Positions 1-10,137 of a DNA stretch of 64,000 nt are shown here, one piece after another. The notes under the pieces were generated by a model. It was not told where the DNA came from and searched no databases. It was given only the letters and a program-made list of their open reading frames with translations. Each line of letters begins with the position of its first letter. Position 1 is the stretch's first letter. The stretch covers positions 1,344,001-1,408,000 of the forward strand of contig OZ241875.1 of NCBI GenBank assembly GCA_965203325.1, read 5' to 3'. Source of the stretch: a bacterium (lineage in GTDB: Bacteria; UBA8248). A program made the position numbers and the translations under genes.

Positions 1-2
1 TC

Positions 3-596
3 CTCTACGAGAGGCCCGTCAAGAAGTACGACGAAGCGGAATTCGCAGAAATCGAAAACGCCTACCAGGCGGAGGAAAGAAGAGGGGGTGAGAAGCGCCG
101 CTTCGCGGACGTATCCGTCGGCGATGAACTCCCGCCCATGCTCCGCGGCCCCCTCACCATCGGCGACATGGTGGCCTGGAACGCGGGCAACGGGCCCTCC
201 TACAAGGCGGGCAGGCGCGGCTATCTCGACCTCAAAAAAGCGCCGCACAACGCCGTGCTTATCCCCCAGATCGGGATCCAGGTGAAAAACTCCCAGCAGC
301 ACGAGGACTTCAACCTCGCTTCGGGGCGCGGGATGCCCGGACCGTTCGACAACGGCGTCATGCGCTTCGCCTGGGTGAGCCCCTTCATCACGAACTGGAT
401 GGGAGACGACGCGTTCCTGAAGAATCTCTACGTCCAGGTGCGCCGCCCCATGATCTACGGCGACACCATCTGGCATAAGGGGGAGGTGGTCGAAAAAAAC
501 GAGGCCGAGCGCACCGTGAAAGTGGAGATCACCGGAACCAACCAGGAGGGCGAGCTGGCGACGGCGGGCTCGGCCGTGGTCCGCCTGCCGGAGTAA
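3..596 (+). CDS. MaoC/hotdog-fold dehydratase-like protein, 5'-truncated by window edge
   Basis: Frame of ORF 138..596 is open from base 3 (LYERPVKKYDE...VSVGDELPPML); C-terminal hotdog-type motifs (ITNWMGDDAFL, RRPMIYGDT..KGEVVEK). Confidence 0.7.
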   Translation, partial: LYERPVKKYDEAEFAEIENAYQAEERRGGEKRRFADVSVGDELPPMLRGPLTIGDMVAWNAGNGPSYKAGRRGYLDLKKAPHNAVLIPQIGIQVKNSQQHEDFNLASGRGMPGPFDNGVMRFAWVSPFITNWMGDDAFLKNLYVQVRRPMIYGDTIWHKGEVVEKNEAERTVKVEITGTNQEGELATAGSAVVRLPE

Positions 597-609
597 GTCG
601 CGAGAGCCT

Positions 610-1488
610 GTGAAGAAAAAATGGCTCGAACTCATCATCGAGGTTTCTGAGACCCTGGCCGAGGACGCCGCCGCCGGGATACTGGCGGCGGGCGCTTCCG
701 CCGTGGAGGAGCGAGAAGGCGCTGCGGGCGCATCCGTGCTCATCACGCACATCGCTTTTAAGGACGGCGCGACCAAAAAACTCCGCGCGATAGAGTCGCT
801 CCTCGCCAACCTGGGCGTCGAGAAAAGCGCCATCACGTTAAAAAACATCGAAGATCAGGACTGGGTCGCCCGGTCGCGCGGTCATTTCAAGGGCGAAGCC
901 TACGGGGAGAAACTCTGGGTGAGGCCGCCCTGGGATGAAGGCGAGACGCCGGACGGACGCGTCGAGTTGACACTGGAACCCGGCCTCGCCTTCGGCACGG
1001 GCAGACACCCTTCCACCCGCCTGGCTCTCCTCGCAATTGAGCGCCAATTCGCACGAAAACCTCCCGAGCGTATGGTGGACTTGGGCTGCGGTTCCGGCAT
1101 CCTGGGCGTCGCCGCCCTTCTCTATGGCGCAAACCACGTAACGGGGTTCGACCTCGACCCCAAAGCCGTGGAGGAGACCATCGCCCTAGCGGAGCGAAAC
1201 GGAGTGGGAGACCGCATGACGGCGCTGGGCACAACACTTGCGCCAACTGCGCTTGGAGAATGGTGGGGCCGGGTCGATTTCATCGCGGCGAACATTTTTC
1301 TGGATGCTCTCAGGGAACTCGCGTCGCCTATCCACGGAGCGCTCGCTCCTCGGGGCCGGGCCGTTCTCTCGGGAATCGGCTACGAGCAGGCCGAGTCTCT
1401 CGCCCGTATTTACGAAGAAGCCGGTTTCAAGGCCGAGAAAACGAACCGGATCGAGGAATGGGCGAGCATCGAGGTAATGAAACCATGA
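610..1488 (+). CDS. prmA: 50S ribosomal protein L11 methyltransferase
   Basis: EPGLAFGTGRHPST and DLGCGSGIL motifs; adjacent to rsmE as is usual. Confidence 0.93.
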   Translation: MKKKWLELIIEVSETLAEDAAAGILAAGASAVEEREGAAGASVLITHIAFKDGATKKLRAIESLLANLGVEKSAITLKNIEDQDWVARSRGHFKGEAYGEKLWVRPPWDEGETPDGRVELTLEPGLAFGTGRHPSTRLALLAIERQFARKPPERMVDLGCGSGILGVAALLYGANHVTGFDLDPKAVEETIALAERNGVGDRMTALGTTLAPTALGEWWGRVDFIAANIFLDALRELASPIHGALAPRGRAVLSGIGYEQAESLARIYEEAGFKAEKTNRIEEWASIEVMKP

Positions 1489-2255
1489 CGCGCGACGGAC
1501 TGCGGCTTTTCTACATCGCTCCAGAGGCGGTTCAGGATGAGCAGGTCATCCTCGGAGCGGAGGAATCCGCGCACATACGCCGCGTGCTCAAGATGGGGGC
1601 GGGGGCGATCTGTCGCGCCGCGACCGAGGATGGCCAGGAATACAAGGTGGAACTTACCGAAATCTCCGCAAGCGAAACCACCGCCCGAATCATCGAGCGA
1701 CTGCCCGGAAGACCGCCCTCTCCCCTTTCGGTCGCCTTGGGCCTTCCCCTCCTCAAAGGAGAGCGCTTCGAGTGGGTACTCCAGAAAGGCTGCGAGCTGG
1801 GCGCCGATGCGTTCCATCCGCTCGCGCTCGAACGCTGTGAAGTCAGGATTCAGGAGAAAAGGCGTGCGGAGCGCCACAGGCGTTGGCGGCGCATCGTCCT
1901 GGAAGCCGCCAAGCAGTGCGACCGCGTGCCCCCGCCTGCTGCGCATCCACTCGGAGGGCTGGGAGGGTTTCTCGCCGCGACGGAGGATTTCGACCTCAAA
2001 CTAATGGGCTACCTGGGAGAAAATGCGCTTCCGGTCAAAGAGGCTTTATCACGCGAGACTGGAGGCAAAACCACCGGGCCCCTTCGCATCGCCATCCTGA
2101 CGGGTCCCGAGGGCGACCTCACGGACGAGGAAGCGGAAGGAGCGATGGATTGCGGTTTCCTGCCGGTATCCTTGGGTCCCCGGATCCTGCGCGCGGACAC
2201 AGCGCCTGTCTCGCTCCTCACCATTGTGCAGCACGCCCTGGGCGACATGGGCTGA
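1485..2255 (+). CDS. rsmE: 16S rRNA m3U1498 methyltransferase
   Basis: HIRRVLKM, QKGCELG, GPEGDL, SLGPRILRADTA; ATG at 1485 overlaps prmA stop (ATGA). Confidence 0.93.
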   Translation: MTRDGLRLFYIAPEAVQDEQVILGAEESAHIRRVLKMGAGAICRAATEDGQEYKVELTEISASETTARIIERLPGRPPSPLSVALGLPLLKGERFEWVLQKGCELGADAFHPLALERCEVRIQEKRRAERHRRWRRIVLEAAKQCDRVPPPAAHPLGGLGGFLAATEDFDLKLMGYLGENALPVKEALSRETGGKTTGPLRIAILTGPEGDLTDEEAEGAMDCGFLPVSLGPRILRADTAPVSLLTIVQHALGDMG

Positions 2256-2331
2256 TGCGTCCAGATCGTTTGACACCTTTTTCGCGCCGCCTTAGGTTGT
2301 GGGCATCACTATTTTCTCACGGGAACATCCG

Positions 2332-3612
2332 ATGAAGGTCATCATTGTCGGCGGGGGCGGGCGCGAGCACACCCTGGCCTGGAAGCTCAGCCAAAGCCCG
2401 GACGTGGAGACGATAGTCTGCGCGCCCGGTAACGCGGGCACCGCGCGGGTCGGGCGGAATGTATCCGTCGGCGCGGAGGATATCGCTGGTCTCCTCTCGC
2501 TGGCGAAAGAAGAATCTCCGGGCCTGGTCGTCGTCGGCCCGGAAGCCCCTCTCGCCCTGGGGCTGGTGGATGAACTCGAAGCGCTCGGGGTTCCGGCGTT
2601 CGGTCCATCCGCCAAGGCCGCCCGCATCGAGGCGAGCAAGGCGTTCTCCAAGGCCCTGATGGACGAGGCGGGAATCCCCACCGCCGCCTACGGCGTCTTC
2701 GAGGATGCAGGCGCAGCCAGAGATTTCGTATCAGAGCGCGGCGGCGCGTGGGCGGTGAAAGCCGACGGTCTCGCCGCGGGCAAGGGCGTGCTCCTTTGCC
2801 CCGACGCCTCGAGCGCGCACGCGGCCATCGCGCAAATCATGGAGGAAAGAGCGTTCGGTGAGGCGGGCGCCACTTGCGTGGTCGAGGAATTCCTGGAAGG
2901 CGAGGAGGCGAGTTTTCTCGCGTTCGCGGACGGAGAAACCGCGCTCCCGATGGCTTCGGCGCAGGATCACAAGGCTATCGGCGAGGGCGACACCGGCCCC
3001 AACACGGGCGGCATGGGTGCTTATTCGCCTGCGCCCGTGCTCTCGGGCGCGTTAGAGGAACGCGCGCTCGAAACCGTGGTCAAGCCCGCCATCCGCGTCA
3101 TGGCGAAGCGGGGTACCCCCTACCGGGGGATTCTCTACGCCGGCCTCATGGTGCAGGGCGATGATTTGAAGGTGCTGGAATTCAACTGTCGCTTCGGCGA
3201 CCCCGAATGCCAGCCCCTGCTCACGCGCATGGAGGGGGACTTGCTGCCCGTCCTCATGGCGTGCGTCGAGGGGCGGCTGCATGAGACGAGCATCCGCTAT
3301 ACGCAAGACGCCGCCGTGTGCGTCGTCATGGCGGCGGGCGGCTACCCGGACGCCTACCGAAGGGGCGACGCGATACAGGGAATCGAGGATGCAGATGATC
3401 TTCCCGGCGTTCACGTCTTTCATGCCGGTACTGCCCTGAACGACTCGGGCGGCGTCGTGACCGCAGGCGGCCGCGTCCTGGGCGTCACGGCGCGCGGGCT
3501 GGACATCCGCGCCGCCATCGCGCGCGCCTATGAGGCGTGCGACCAGATTTACTGGGAAGACGTTTATTTCCGAAAAGACATCGGCGCCAAGGCTTTAAGG
3601 CGTCTCGGCTGA
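2332..3612 (+). CDS. purD: phosphoribosylamine--glycine ligase
   Basis: MKVIIVGGGGREH, KADGLAAGKGV, QDHK, GPNTGGMGAY, EFNCRFGDPE. Confidence 0.97.
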   Translation: MKVIIVGGGGREHTLAWKLSQSPDVETIVCAPGNAGTARVGRNVSVGAEDIAGLLSLAKEESPGLVVVGPEAPLALGLVDELEALGVPAFGPSAKAARIEASKAFSKALMDEAGIPTAAYGVFEDAGAARDFVSERGGAWAVKADGLAAGKGVLLCPDASSAHAAIAQIMEERAFGEAGATCVVEEFLEGEEASFLAFADGETALPMASAQDHKAIGEGDTGPNTGGMGAYSPAPVLSGALEERALETVVKPAIRVMAKRGTPYRGILYAGLMVQGDDLKVLEFNCRFGDPECQPLLTRMEGDLLPVLMACVEGRLHETSIRYTQDAAVCVVMAAGGYPDAYRRGDAIQGIEDADDLPGVHVFHAGTALNDSGGVVTAGGRVLGVTARGLDIRAAIARAYEACDQIYWEDVYFRKDIGAKALRRLG

Positions 3613-3634
3613 TCCGGCAGGCTCCCGGTTCCGC

Positions 3635-4741
3635 ATGCGCGCTCTCATCATCCTCATCGACGGGGGCGACCCCGCCTATTTCGAGGCCTCCCACACGCCG
3701 AACCTCGACAGAATCGAGAGCGAGGGGGCACGCTACACCGTCTCGTGCCAGATGCCCTCTGTCACCAACGTGAACAACGTCTCGATGATCTGCGGCGCGC
3801 CCCCCGCCGCGCACGGGATCACGGCCAACTATTTCCTGAACGCAGAGACGGGCGAGGAAGTCTATATGGAATCGGGGGATTTCGTTCTTGCGCCCACCCT
3901 CATGGAAACGGGCCGTAAGGCTGCGCGCAAGACCGCCGTCCTGGCGTCCAAGCAAAAGCTCTGCGACATGATCGGCAAGGGAGCGCGGACTGTCGTCACC
4001 GCGGAAGACCCGCCTGGGTGGCTCATCCAAAAAGCGGGCGCCCAGGAGAATATCTACAGTGGGGCCGTGAACCTCTGGCTCCTGCGGGCGGCGCGTGCGG
4101 TGCTCGAAGAGGAAAAACCGGACCTTCTCTACGTCACCACCACGGACTACATGCAGCACAAATACGGGCCTGAAAGCGAAGAGGCGCAGGCGCACCACGC
4201 CGCCCTCGATGCGGAAGTCGGAAGGCTCGTCGATAGCTGGCTTCGTATTCACAAGGACGGGGCGGTCTTCATCACCGCAGATCACGGGATGTGTGATAAG
4301 ACGCGGGCGCTCGACCCGGGCGTCATTTTGAGAGCTGGGGGCGTCGGCGCGGAAGCCGTTCCCATCATCAAGGACCGCTACGTCGTCCACCACGGAAACC
4401 AGGGCGGCGCGGCCTATGTCCACCTGGAAAACGAGAATTCACTTGCAGAGGCCGTCGCCATCCTCAAAGCGCATCCGGGAATTGACGATGCGCTTACGCG
4501 TCAGGAGGCCGCCGCGCGCTTCCAGTTGATGCCCGAGCGGGTGGGCGAGGTCATGGTGTTGGCGGACGCCGAGACCGTATTCGGCGTGATGGACGAGGCC
4601 GAACGCGAGGTCAGGCTCAGAAGCCACGGCTCGCTGCATGAGAGCATCGTGCCGCTATGGGCCCTGAACGCGCCTGGTTTCGCGCCGAACGAACCGCCCC
4701 GCCATTTCGACTGCGTCCGCTACCTGATGGAAAGACTGTAA
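3635..4741 (+). CDS. alkaline phosphatase superfamily protein, phosphonoacetate hydrolase-like
   Basis: IDG, MPSVTNVNN, TTTDYMQHKY, TADHG and LRSHGSLHE motifs resemble PhnA phosphonoacetate hydrolase. Confidence 0.75.
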   Translation: MRALIILIDGGDPAYFEASHTPNLDRIESEGARYTVSCQMPSVTNVNNVSMICGAPPAAHGITANYFLNAETGEEVYMESGDFVLAPTLMETGRKAARKTAVLASKQKLCDMIGKGARTVVTAEDPPGWLIQKAGAQENIYSGAVNLWLLRAARAVLEEEKPDLLYVTTTDYMQHKYGPESEEAQAHHAALDAEVGRLVDSWLRIHKDGAVFITADHGMCDKTRALDPGVILRAGGVGAEAVPIIKDRYVVHHGNQGGAAYVHLENENSLAEAVAILKAHPGIDDALTRQEAAARFQLMPERVGEVMVLADAETVFGVMDEAEREVRLRSHGSLHESIVPLWALNAPGFAPNEPPRHFDCVRYLMERL

Positions 4742-4778
4742 TACGGGACAGGTGAAGGCCGCGCGAATCGGACGCCCA

Positions 4779-5162
4779 TCACGGATTGCGCTTCACCCAC
4801 GGGAATTTCTCGTCGATGCCCGGCCAAATCTCGCGGATGGCGAAAAAACATATCGCTATCCAGATGGCGAGGCCGACGTCGAAGCCCTCGAGCACCCGCA
4901 CCATCCAGATGAAATCGAACACGCCCAGCACCAGGACCGAGAGATAACTACACCACGCAAACCCCCGCAGGGTCGCCAGCCCGAACAGGCCCAGGGCCGC
5001 TCCCGCCCCCAGCGTCGCCCAGCCGTAGCCCACCCTGCCCGGCTGGTTCGTATACATGGCGGACGCGGTGAAGACGATGAGCAACGCGCCGACCAGCAGC
5101 GTGGTCCTGGCCGCGCGCTGCGCGTCGAACACTCTCTCTTCACTTACGGGGGGTTCGTTCAT
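4779..5162 (-). CDS. small membrane protein (about 4 TM), unknown function
   Basis: 127-aa ORF with four hydrophobic segments, filling the gap between neighbouring genes. Confidence 0.55.
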   Translation of the reverse strand: MNEPPVSEERVFDAQRAARTTLLVGALLIVFTASAMYTNQPGRVGYGWATLGAGAALGLFGLATLRGFAWCSYLSVLVLGVFDFIWMVRVLEGFDVGLAIWIAICFFAIREIWPGIDEKFPWVKRNP

Positions 5163-5291
5163 CTTCTCTCGCTTTCCCTTCGGACGCCGCCCCGTGAGGT
5201 TACGCCATCCGCTCCTCGTTGCCTAGGCGCTCTCCCGTGTGTTGTAATCGCGTGGCTGAAATCCCATCCATTTATTTGAGGAGGACGCCCA

Positions 5292-6332
5292 TTGAAGGCG
5301 ATGGTGTTGAGAGGACCTGGAGAACCCTTTGTCGAGGAAGAATATCCGGACCCCGTGGTGGGGCCGGGGGAAGCGGTCGCGAAGGTACTGGCCTGCGGCG
5401 CCGGGCTGACCATCCACCACGCCCGCATGGGCCGGGTGCCCGATGTGACCTATCCCCTCATCATCGGCCATGAGATCACCGCCGTCATCACCGCCCTGGG
5501 CGAAGGCGTGGAGGGCCTCCAGGAGGGCGACGCGGTGACCGCGCACTTCTACGTCACCTGCGGGAGGTGCAAGTGGTGCCTCATCAACCGCGAAACGCTG
5601 TGCGAGAACTTCACGGGCTACATCGGCCGCCAGGTGCAGGGCGCCTATGCGGAATACATCAAGCTGCCCGCGCGGAATTTCATCAAAATCCCCGCCGGGC
5701 TGGATTACGAGAACAACGCGGCGGAGGTCTCCGTCATCTGCGACGCGATAGCCACCCCGTATAAAGTAACGAAGCGCGCGCGCATCGCGCCGCTCGAGAA
5801 CGTGGCCGTCATCGGCGCGGGCGGCGGCGTGGGCATCCACATGGTGATGATGGCCAAGTGGGCGCACGCGAGGGTCATCGCCGTGGACGCCGCGGCGAAC
5901 AAGCTGGGCAAGTGCCGCGACGTGGGCGCGGACGAGGTCGTCGACGCATCCCAGGGAGACGTGGCGGGCGCGCTCATGGACTTGACGAACGGGGAGGGCG
6001 TGGACGTGGTGGTCGACTTCGTCTCCTCCGCTTCCACGATGGAAGCGGGCGTTCAGGCCCTGGGAACCGGCGGGCGCCTCGTAACCTTGGGCGGCACGGG
6101 GCAGTCGTTCCAGGCCGCGGCGCGCGACATGGTGACGAAAGAACTCGAACTCTTGGGCAGCCGATACTGTTCGAAACAGGAAATCAAGGAATCGCTCGAC
6201 CTGGTGGCGCGGGGCGACGTCTGGCCCGTGGTGACGGAGACCTATTCGTTCAACGCCGAAGAAGTGGAAAAAGTGCACGAACGGCTGGAAGTCGCGGCCG
6301 TCACGGGCCGCGCGGTCATCATGATGGATTAG
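5292..6332 (+). CDS. zinc-binding alcohol dehydrogenase (MDR family)
   Basis: GHE, CGRCKWC...C structural Zn motif, GAGGGVG; GAGGAG RBS before TTG start. Confidence 0.9.
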   Translation: MKAMVLRGPGEPFVEEEYPDPVVGPGEAVAKVLACGAGLTIHHARMGRVPDVTYPLIIGHEITAVITALGEGVEGLQEGDAVTAHFYVTCGRCKWCLINRETLCENFTGYIGRQVQGAYAEYIKLPARNFIKIPAGLDYENNAAEVSVICDAIATPYKVTKRARIAPLENVAVIGAGGGVGIHMVMMAKWAHARVIAVDAAANKLGKCRDVGADEVVDASQGDVAGALMDLTNGEGVDVVVDFVSSASTMEAGVQALGTGGRLVTLGGTGQSFQAAARDMVTKELELLGSRYCSKQEIKESLDLVARGDVWPVVTETYSFNAEEVEKVHERLEVAAVTGRAVIMMD

Positions 6333-6350
6333 GCTGTAAGCGTCAGCGGG

Positions 6351-7112
6351 CTAGTTGGCGAGCTTCCACTGGCCGTCAGGCTGCCTGCAGGCGGTGCCGT
6401 AGGCGTTTTGCTTTTTGCCGTCTACGACGATCGTCTGCTGGAACTCCCGGCAGTACTGATCGAGTTCGTTTTTGAAGGCCGGCCTGGGAACGACGACGCC
6501 GCACACCCGCCTGTCGGGGTTGTCCCAAACGGTGCGCGTGCCGGAGCGCTGGTTCTCGAGCGCGTACTGCGTGGCGCTTGCGAGCCTGAGCCGCTCCGCT
6601 TCATCGAGGTCGCGACCGATCTGCCCGCCCACCACGCTGCCGAGAAGCACGCCCGCGAAGGTGGCCAGTCCGCGACCGCTTCCCTTGCCGACCTGATGGC
6701 CGATGACGCCGCCGCCGATCGCGCCGATGACCGAGCCGAGAACCTCGTTGTCGTTGTTCACATAATAGGCCGCGCAATCATCGCCCGTCGAATGATAGAC
6801 GTAACGCTCGCGCGGGTAGGGGCGATAAATGACGCGCGGGCCGGTCCAGACCGGATAGCCGTACCAGACGGGCGCGACGACGCTGGGGCCGAACCAGTAC
6901 CTGTGGCGAACGATCACACGGGGACGGCGATGATGACGATGATGGCGATGCCATTTGCGGTGCTGACGCGCTCTGTGGTGCCGGTGCGATTTATATTTAT
7001 GATGCCGCTTGATTCCGTGGCGCCTGCCTCGACGGTCATCCGCCGCCGCAGTATTGATCAGAAAAACAACCGCCAAAACGCTCAATGCAACGATGACCCC
7101 ATAGCGCTTCAT
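6351..7112 (-). CDS. glycine-zipper / 17-kDa surface antigen-like exported protein
   Basis: Signal peptide, His/Arg-rich linker, glycine zipper GSVIGAIGGGVIGHQVGKG, C-terminal YCREFQQT...AYGTACRQPDGQW. Confidence 0.8.
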   Translation of the reverse strand: MKRYGVIVALSVLAVVFLINTAAADDRRGRRHGIKRHHKYKSHRHHRARQHRKWHRHHRHHRRPRVIVRHRYWFGPSVVAPVWYGYPVWTGPRVIYRPYPRERYVYHSTGDDCAAYYVNNDNEVLGSVIGAIGGGVIGHQVGKGSGRGLATFAGVLLGSVVGGQIGRDLDEAERLRLASATQYALENQRSGTRTVWDNPDRRVCGVVVPRPAFKNELDQYCREFQQTIVVDGKKQNAYGTACRQPDGQWKLAN

Positions 7113-7261
7113 CTGTCCGTCTCCCCTGTAACTTTACCCGTTTGCCGGGAAAAGACGTGAACCAGCGACTTGCCTATTATACTATTCGACGCTGCCGGGT
7201 TCCATCTCATCTAACTTGTTGATATTTTGATGATTACCCTGTTTCACCCCAACGCGCCTCT

Positions 7262-7314
7262 CAGCGGCAGGGACAGGTCGCAACCTCGGACAGGCGCAGG
7301 GTCCTGTCCGCTAC
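7262..7314. repeat. GTAG-type REP-like palindrome
   Basis: Minus strand reads GTAG-CGGACAGG-accctgcg-CCTGTCCG, with a degenerate partner immediately adjacent. Confidence 0.5.
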
Positions 7315-7480
7315 AGACGAACGCCAACCATTCTCACGTCAAACCCCATCCGGCCGTAGAGGCTTTTTCAACTGCTCTCCCCCAGCGAAGAAAACCCCCG
7401 CGAACTTTGAAGATTTTCGCCCCCGCCTGTAGAATCGCCTCCCGCGGAATCACACCACCATTCAGGAGGTTTCAGGTTTC

Positions 7481-7936
7481 ATGAGCGAAGGCGTCGCGTT
7501 CGAAAAATGGGAAGTCGGGAGCAAATTCACCACCCGGGGCAGGACCATCACCGAGACCGACGTGGTGAACTACGTCAACCTCGTTGGCTATACGGAAAGC
7601 CTGTTTCTCGACATGGAGTTTTTAAGGGAAAAGGGCCACGAAAGGCGCATGGCGCCCGCCCTGTTCACCTGCGGCATCGCTGATACCCTCATCGTCCAGA
7701 CGGGCGTTTTGCACGATTACGCGATCGCGCTTTTGGGCGTGGACGGCCTCGTCGCGCGCGCGCCGGTCTACGTGGGCGATACACTCACGGTGGAAGTCGA
7801 GACGACCGACGTTCGCCCCTCCAGGAGCAGGCCCGATCGCGGCGTCGTCGCGACGCACCAGAGGGTCCTCAACCAGAACGGCGAGGTGGTGCTCGAATAC
7901 GACGTGAAGCGCATGCTGCTCAGAAGCGACGCGTAA
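7481..7936 (+). CDS. MaoC family dehydratase
   Basis: RTITETDV, APVYVGDTL, SRSRPDRGVV, NQNGEVV. Confidence 0.88.
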   Translation: MSEGVAFEKWEVGSKFTTRGRTITETDVVNYVNLVGYTESLFLDMEFLREKGHERRMAPALFTCGIADTLIVQTGVLHDYAIALLGVDGLVARAPVYVGDTLTVEVETTDVRPSRSRPDRGVVATHQRVLNQNGEVVLEYDVKRMLLRSDA

Positions 7937-7946
7937 GAAAAGCGCT

Positions 7947-8924
7947 CTACAAACCGAAAAACGCTTTCGCCGTGCCGCTCCAGATTCGCTCCGCGTCTTC
8001 CGCAGAAATATCCAGCGCGTCCATCATGTCGGCGTGGCGCTTCACGGGCACCCAGGGGGCGTCGCTCGCGAACATCATGCGCGATGCGCCCATCTCTTTG
8101 AGAGAAAATTCGAGCGCCGTCTGGGAGTGAACCACCGTGTCCGTGTAGAAGCGCGCGAAGTATTCGCTCGGGTCGCGTGTGATGAGGTCCTGATCCTCGC
8201 GGTAGCGCGAACTCAGGTTGTCCACCCGCCCGATGAACAGCGGAAGCGACGCGCCCCCGTGCGGCAGGAGCACCTTGAGATTCGGGTGGCGCTCCAGCAC
8301 GCCGCTCAGGATGAGCCGCAGCGCCGCCAGGCATTCATCGAACATGAAGCCTATCATCGGCCCCAGCCAGTGATCCTTATACTGCGGCCCCGATGGAGAA
8401 GGCCCCGGGTGCAGCACGAGCGGAACGCCGCGCTCCGCCAGAAGGCCCCACAAGGGCTCATGGGCCGCGTCGTCGATGTAGCGCCTGCCGCCGATGTAAG
8501 AGAACACCTGCAGGCCCACGAAACCGAGTTCGTCCACGCAGCGCTCGAGTTCGCGGCAGGTCGCGTCCATATCCCCGAAACCGAGCGACGCCAGCCCGCG
8601 GAAGCGCCCTGGATGAAGCGCCGCCGCCTCGGCGAGGCCGTCGTTCCCGATTCGCGCGAGTTCGTCCGCGTCCCCGGGGGTTTTGGCGAGGTCCGGGCCT
8701 GGAATGTTCATGCTGATTAGGGCAATATCGATTTCCTGCTCATCCATTTCGGCGAGCTTGATGGAGATGTCCAGCGCGGGAGAACGCATCGGGAGCTTTT
8801 CGTCCGGGCTCGCCCACGCCCACCAGAAATCCTCCGCTTTCTCGTAGTGCGGAAAATCGGAGCGGGCGGCGAGCGCTTTGACGTAGGCTTGTGGTACATG
8901 ATGGGTCTGAACATCGATGCGCAT
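7947..8924 (-). CDS. amidohydrolase 2 family protein (ACMSD-like decarboxylase/hydrolase)
   Basis: IDVQTH, LVLHP, LPHGGA, FYTDT, FASDAPW. Confidence 0.85.
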   Translation of the reverse strand: MRIDVQTHHVPQAYVKALAARSDFPHYEKAEDFWWAWASPDEKLPMRSPALDISIKLAEMDEQEIDIALISMNIPGPDLAKTPGDADELARIGNDGLAEAAALHPGRFRGLASLGFGDMDATCRELERCVDELGFVGLQVFSYIGGRRYIDDAAHEPLWGLLAERGVPLVLHPGPSPSGPQYKDHWLGPMIGFMFDECLAALRLILSGVLERHPNLKVLLPHGGASLPLFIGRVDNLSSRYREDQDLITRDPSEYFARFYTDTVVHSQTALEFSLKEMGASRMMFASDAPWVPVKRHADMMDALDISAEDAERIWSGTAKAFFGL

Positions 8925-9014
8925 GGAATTCTCCAGATATATGACGGGAACCTTGATATTGGACAGAGGGGATTATTCCCCCAGAATGAACCGGATGCAA
9001 ATTAAAGTGAGGAG

Positions 9015-10079
9015 ATGATTGTGAAAACGACAGGAGTAGCCGTCATCGGCGCGGGCGGCATCGGAACGCTCAGGGCGCATTCTTGCGCGCAAATCCCCCA
9101 GGTGGACTACCTCGCCGTGTGCGACATCGTGCCCGAGAAGCTCGACCGCCTCGCGGAGTCGGTTCGGGCCGACGTGGCGACTGAAGAATACGAGGTGGCG
9201 ATACGGGACGAGCGCGTGGGCGCCGTCATCGTCTCCTCGGACGAGGAGTACCACCACGGCCCGGCGGCCCTGGCGGCCGAACTCGGAAAGCCCGTGCTCA
9301 TCGAAAAGCCCTTCGTCCTCGATCTGGACGAGGCGGACGACATTCTAGCCAAGGCCGACGAATCGGGCGCCGAGATTTTCGTGGGCTACACCCAGCGCTA
9401 CAGGAGGCGCTTTCTGCTCGCGAAACAGGCGGCCTTCGCCGGACAGCTCGGCGACATCGTGATGGCGCTCGGCAAGATCTACGTCACCCGCGCCGTGGGC
9501 GAGGCGGTGGCGAGGCGCTCGCCCAACACCACGCCTTCCATCAACACCCTCACCTACATGGTCGACCTCATCCTCTGGTACATGGAGGGGAAAAAACCCG
9601 TCGAGGTCTACGCCCGCGCGGCGAGCTTCGTGTTCAAGAAATACAACCGCGACGATTTCCAGTGGATGATCGTCACCTTCGACGACGGGAGCGTGGCCAC
9701 GCTCGGCACGAGTTGGCTCCCGCCCCACCACTGGCCCGCCTATACGGCGACGATGGAGATCGACCTCCAAGGCACGAAAGGATCGCTGAACGTGGACGAC
9801 GCCCACCGCGACGTCATCCTCGCGCCTGAGGATCCGATTCCCTGCCCCTACACGCCCGAACACCAGGTGAACGTGGCTTTCCTCGGCTCCGCCATGCCGG
9901 GGGATTTCGTGATGGGCGAGTTCTTCGGCCCCATGAAGGAAGAAACCGACGCCTTCGTGCGCCACATATTGGGAATCGGAGGCGTGGGACTCGCCACGGG
10001 CGCGCACGCGAGAGAGGTGCTCGCCCTCACCATGGCGGCGGACCGTTCGTGCAAGGAGGGACAGCCCGTTACGCTTTAG
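9015..10079 (+). CDS. Gfo/Idh/MocA family oxidoreductase
   Basis: GAGGIG Rossmann motif, LIEKPF, GYTQRY. Confidence 0.88.
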   Translation: MIVKTTGVAVIGAGGIGTLRAHSCAQIPQVDYLAVCDIVPEKLDRLAESVRADVATEEYEVAIRDERVGAVIVSSDEEYHHGPAALAAELGKPVLIEKPFVLDLDEADDILAKADESGAEIFVGYTQRYRRRFLLAKQAAFAGQLGDIVMALGKIYVTRAVGEAVARRSPNTTPSINTLTYMVDLILWYMEGKKPVEVYARAASFVFKKYNRDDFQWMIVTFDDGSVATLGTSWLPPHHWPAYTATMEIDLQGTKGSLNVDDAHRDVILAPEDPIPCPYTPEHQVNVAFLGSAMPGDFVMGEFFGPMKEETDAFVRHILGIGGVGLATGAHAREVLALTMAADRSCKEGQPVTL

Positions 10080-10137
10080 GGCCCGGGTCGATAACGAATA
10101 GGTTTTCCTGGGTGGGTAGTTCTTGCCCGCATTCCCG

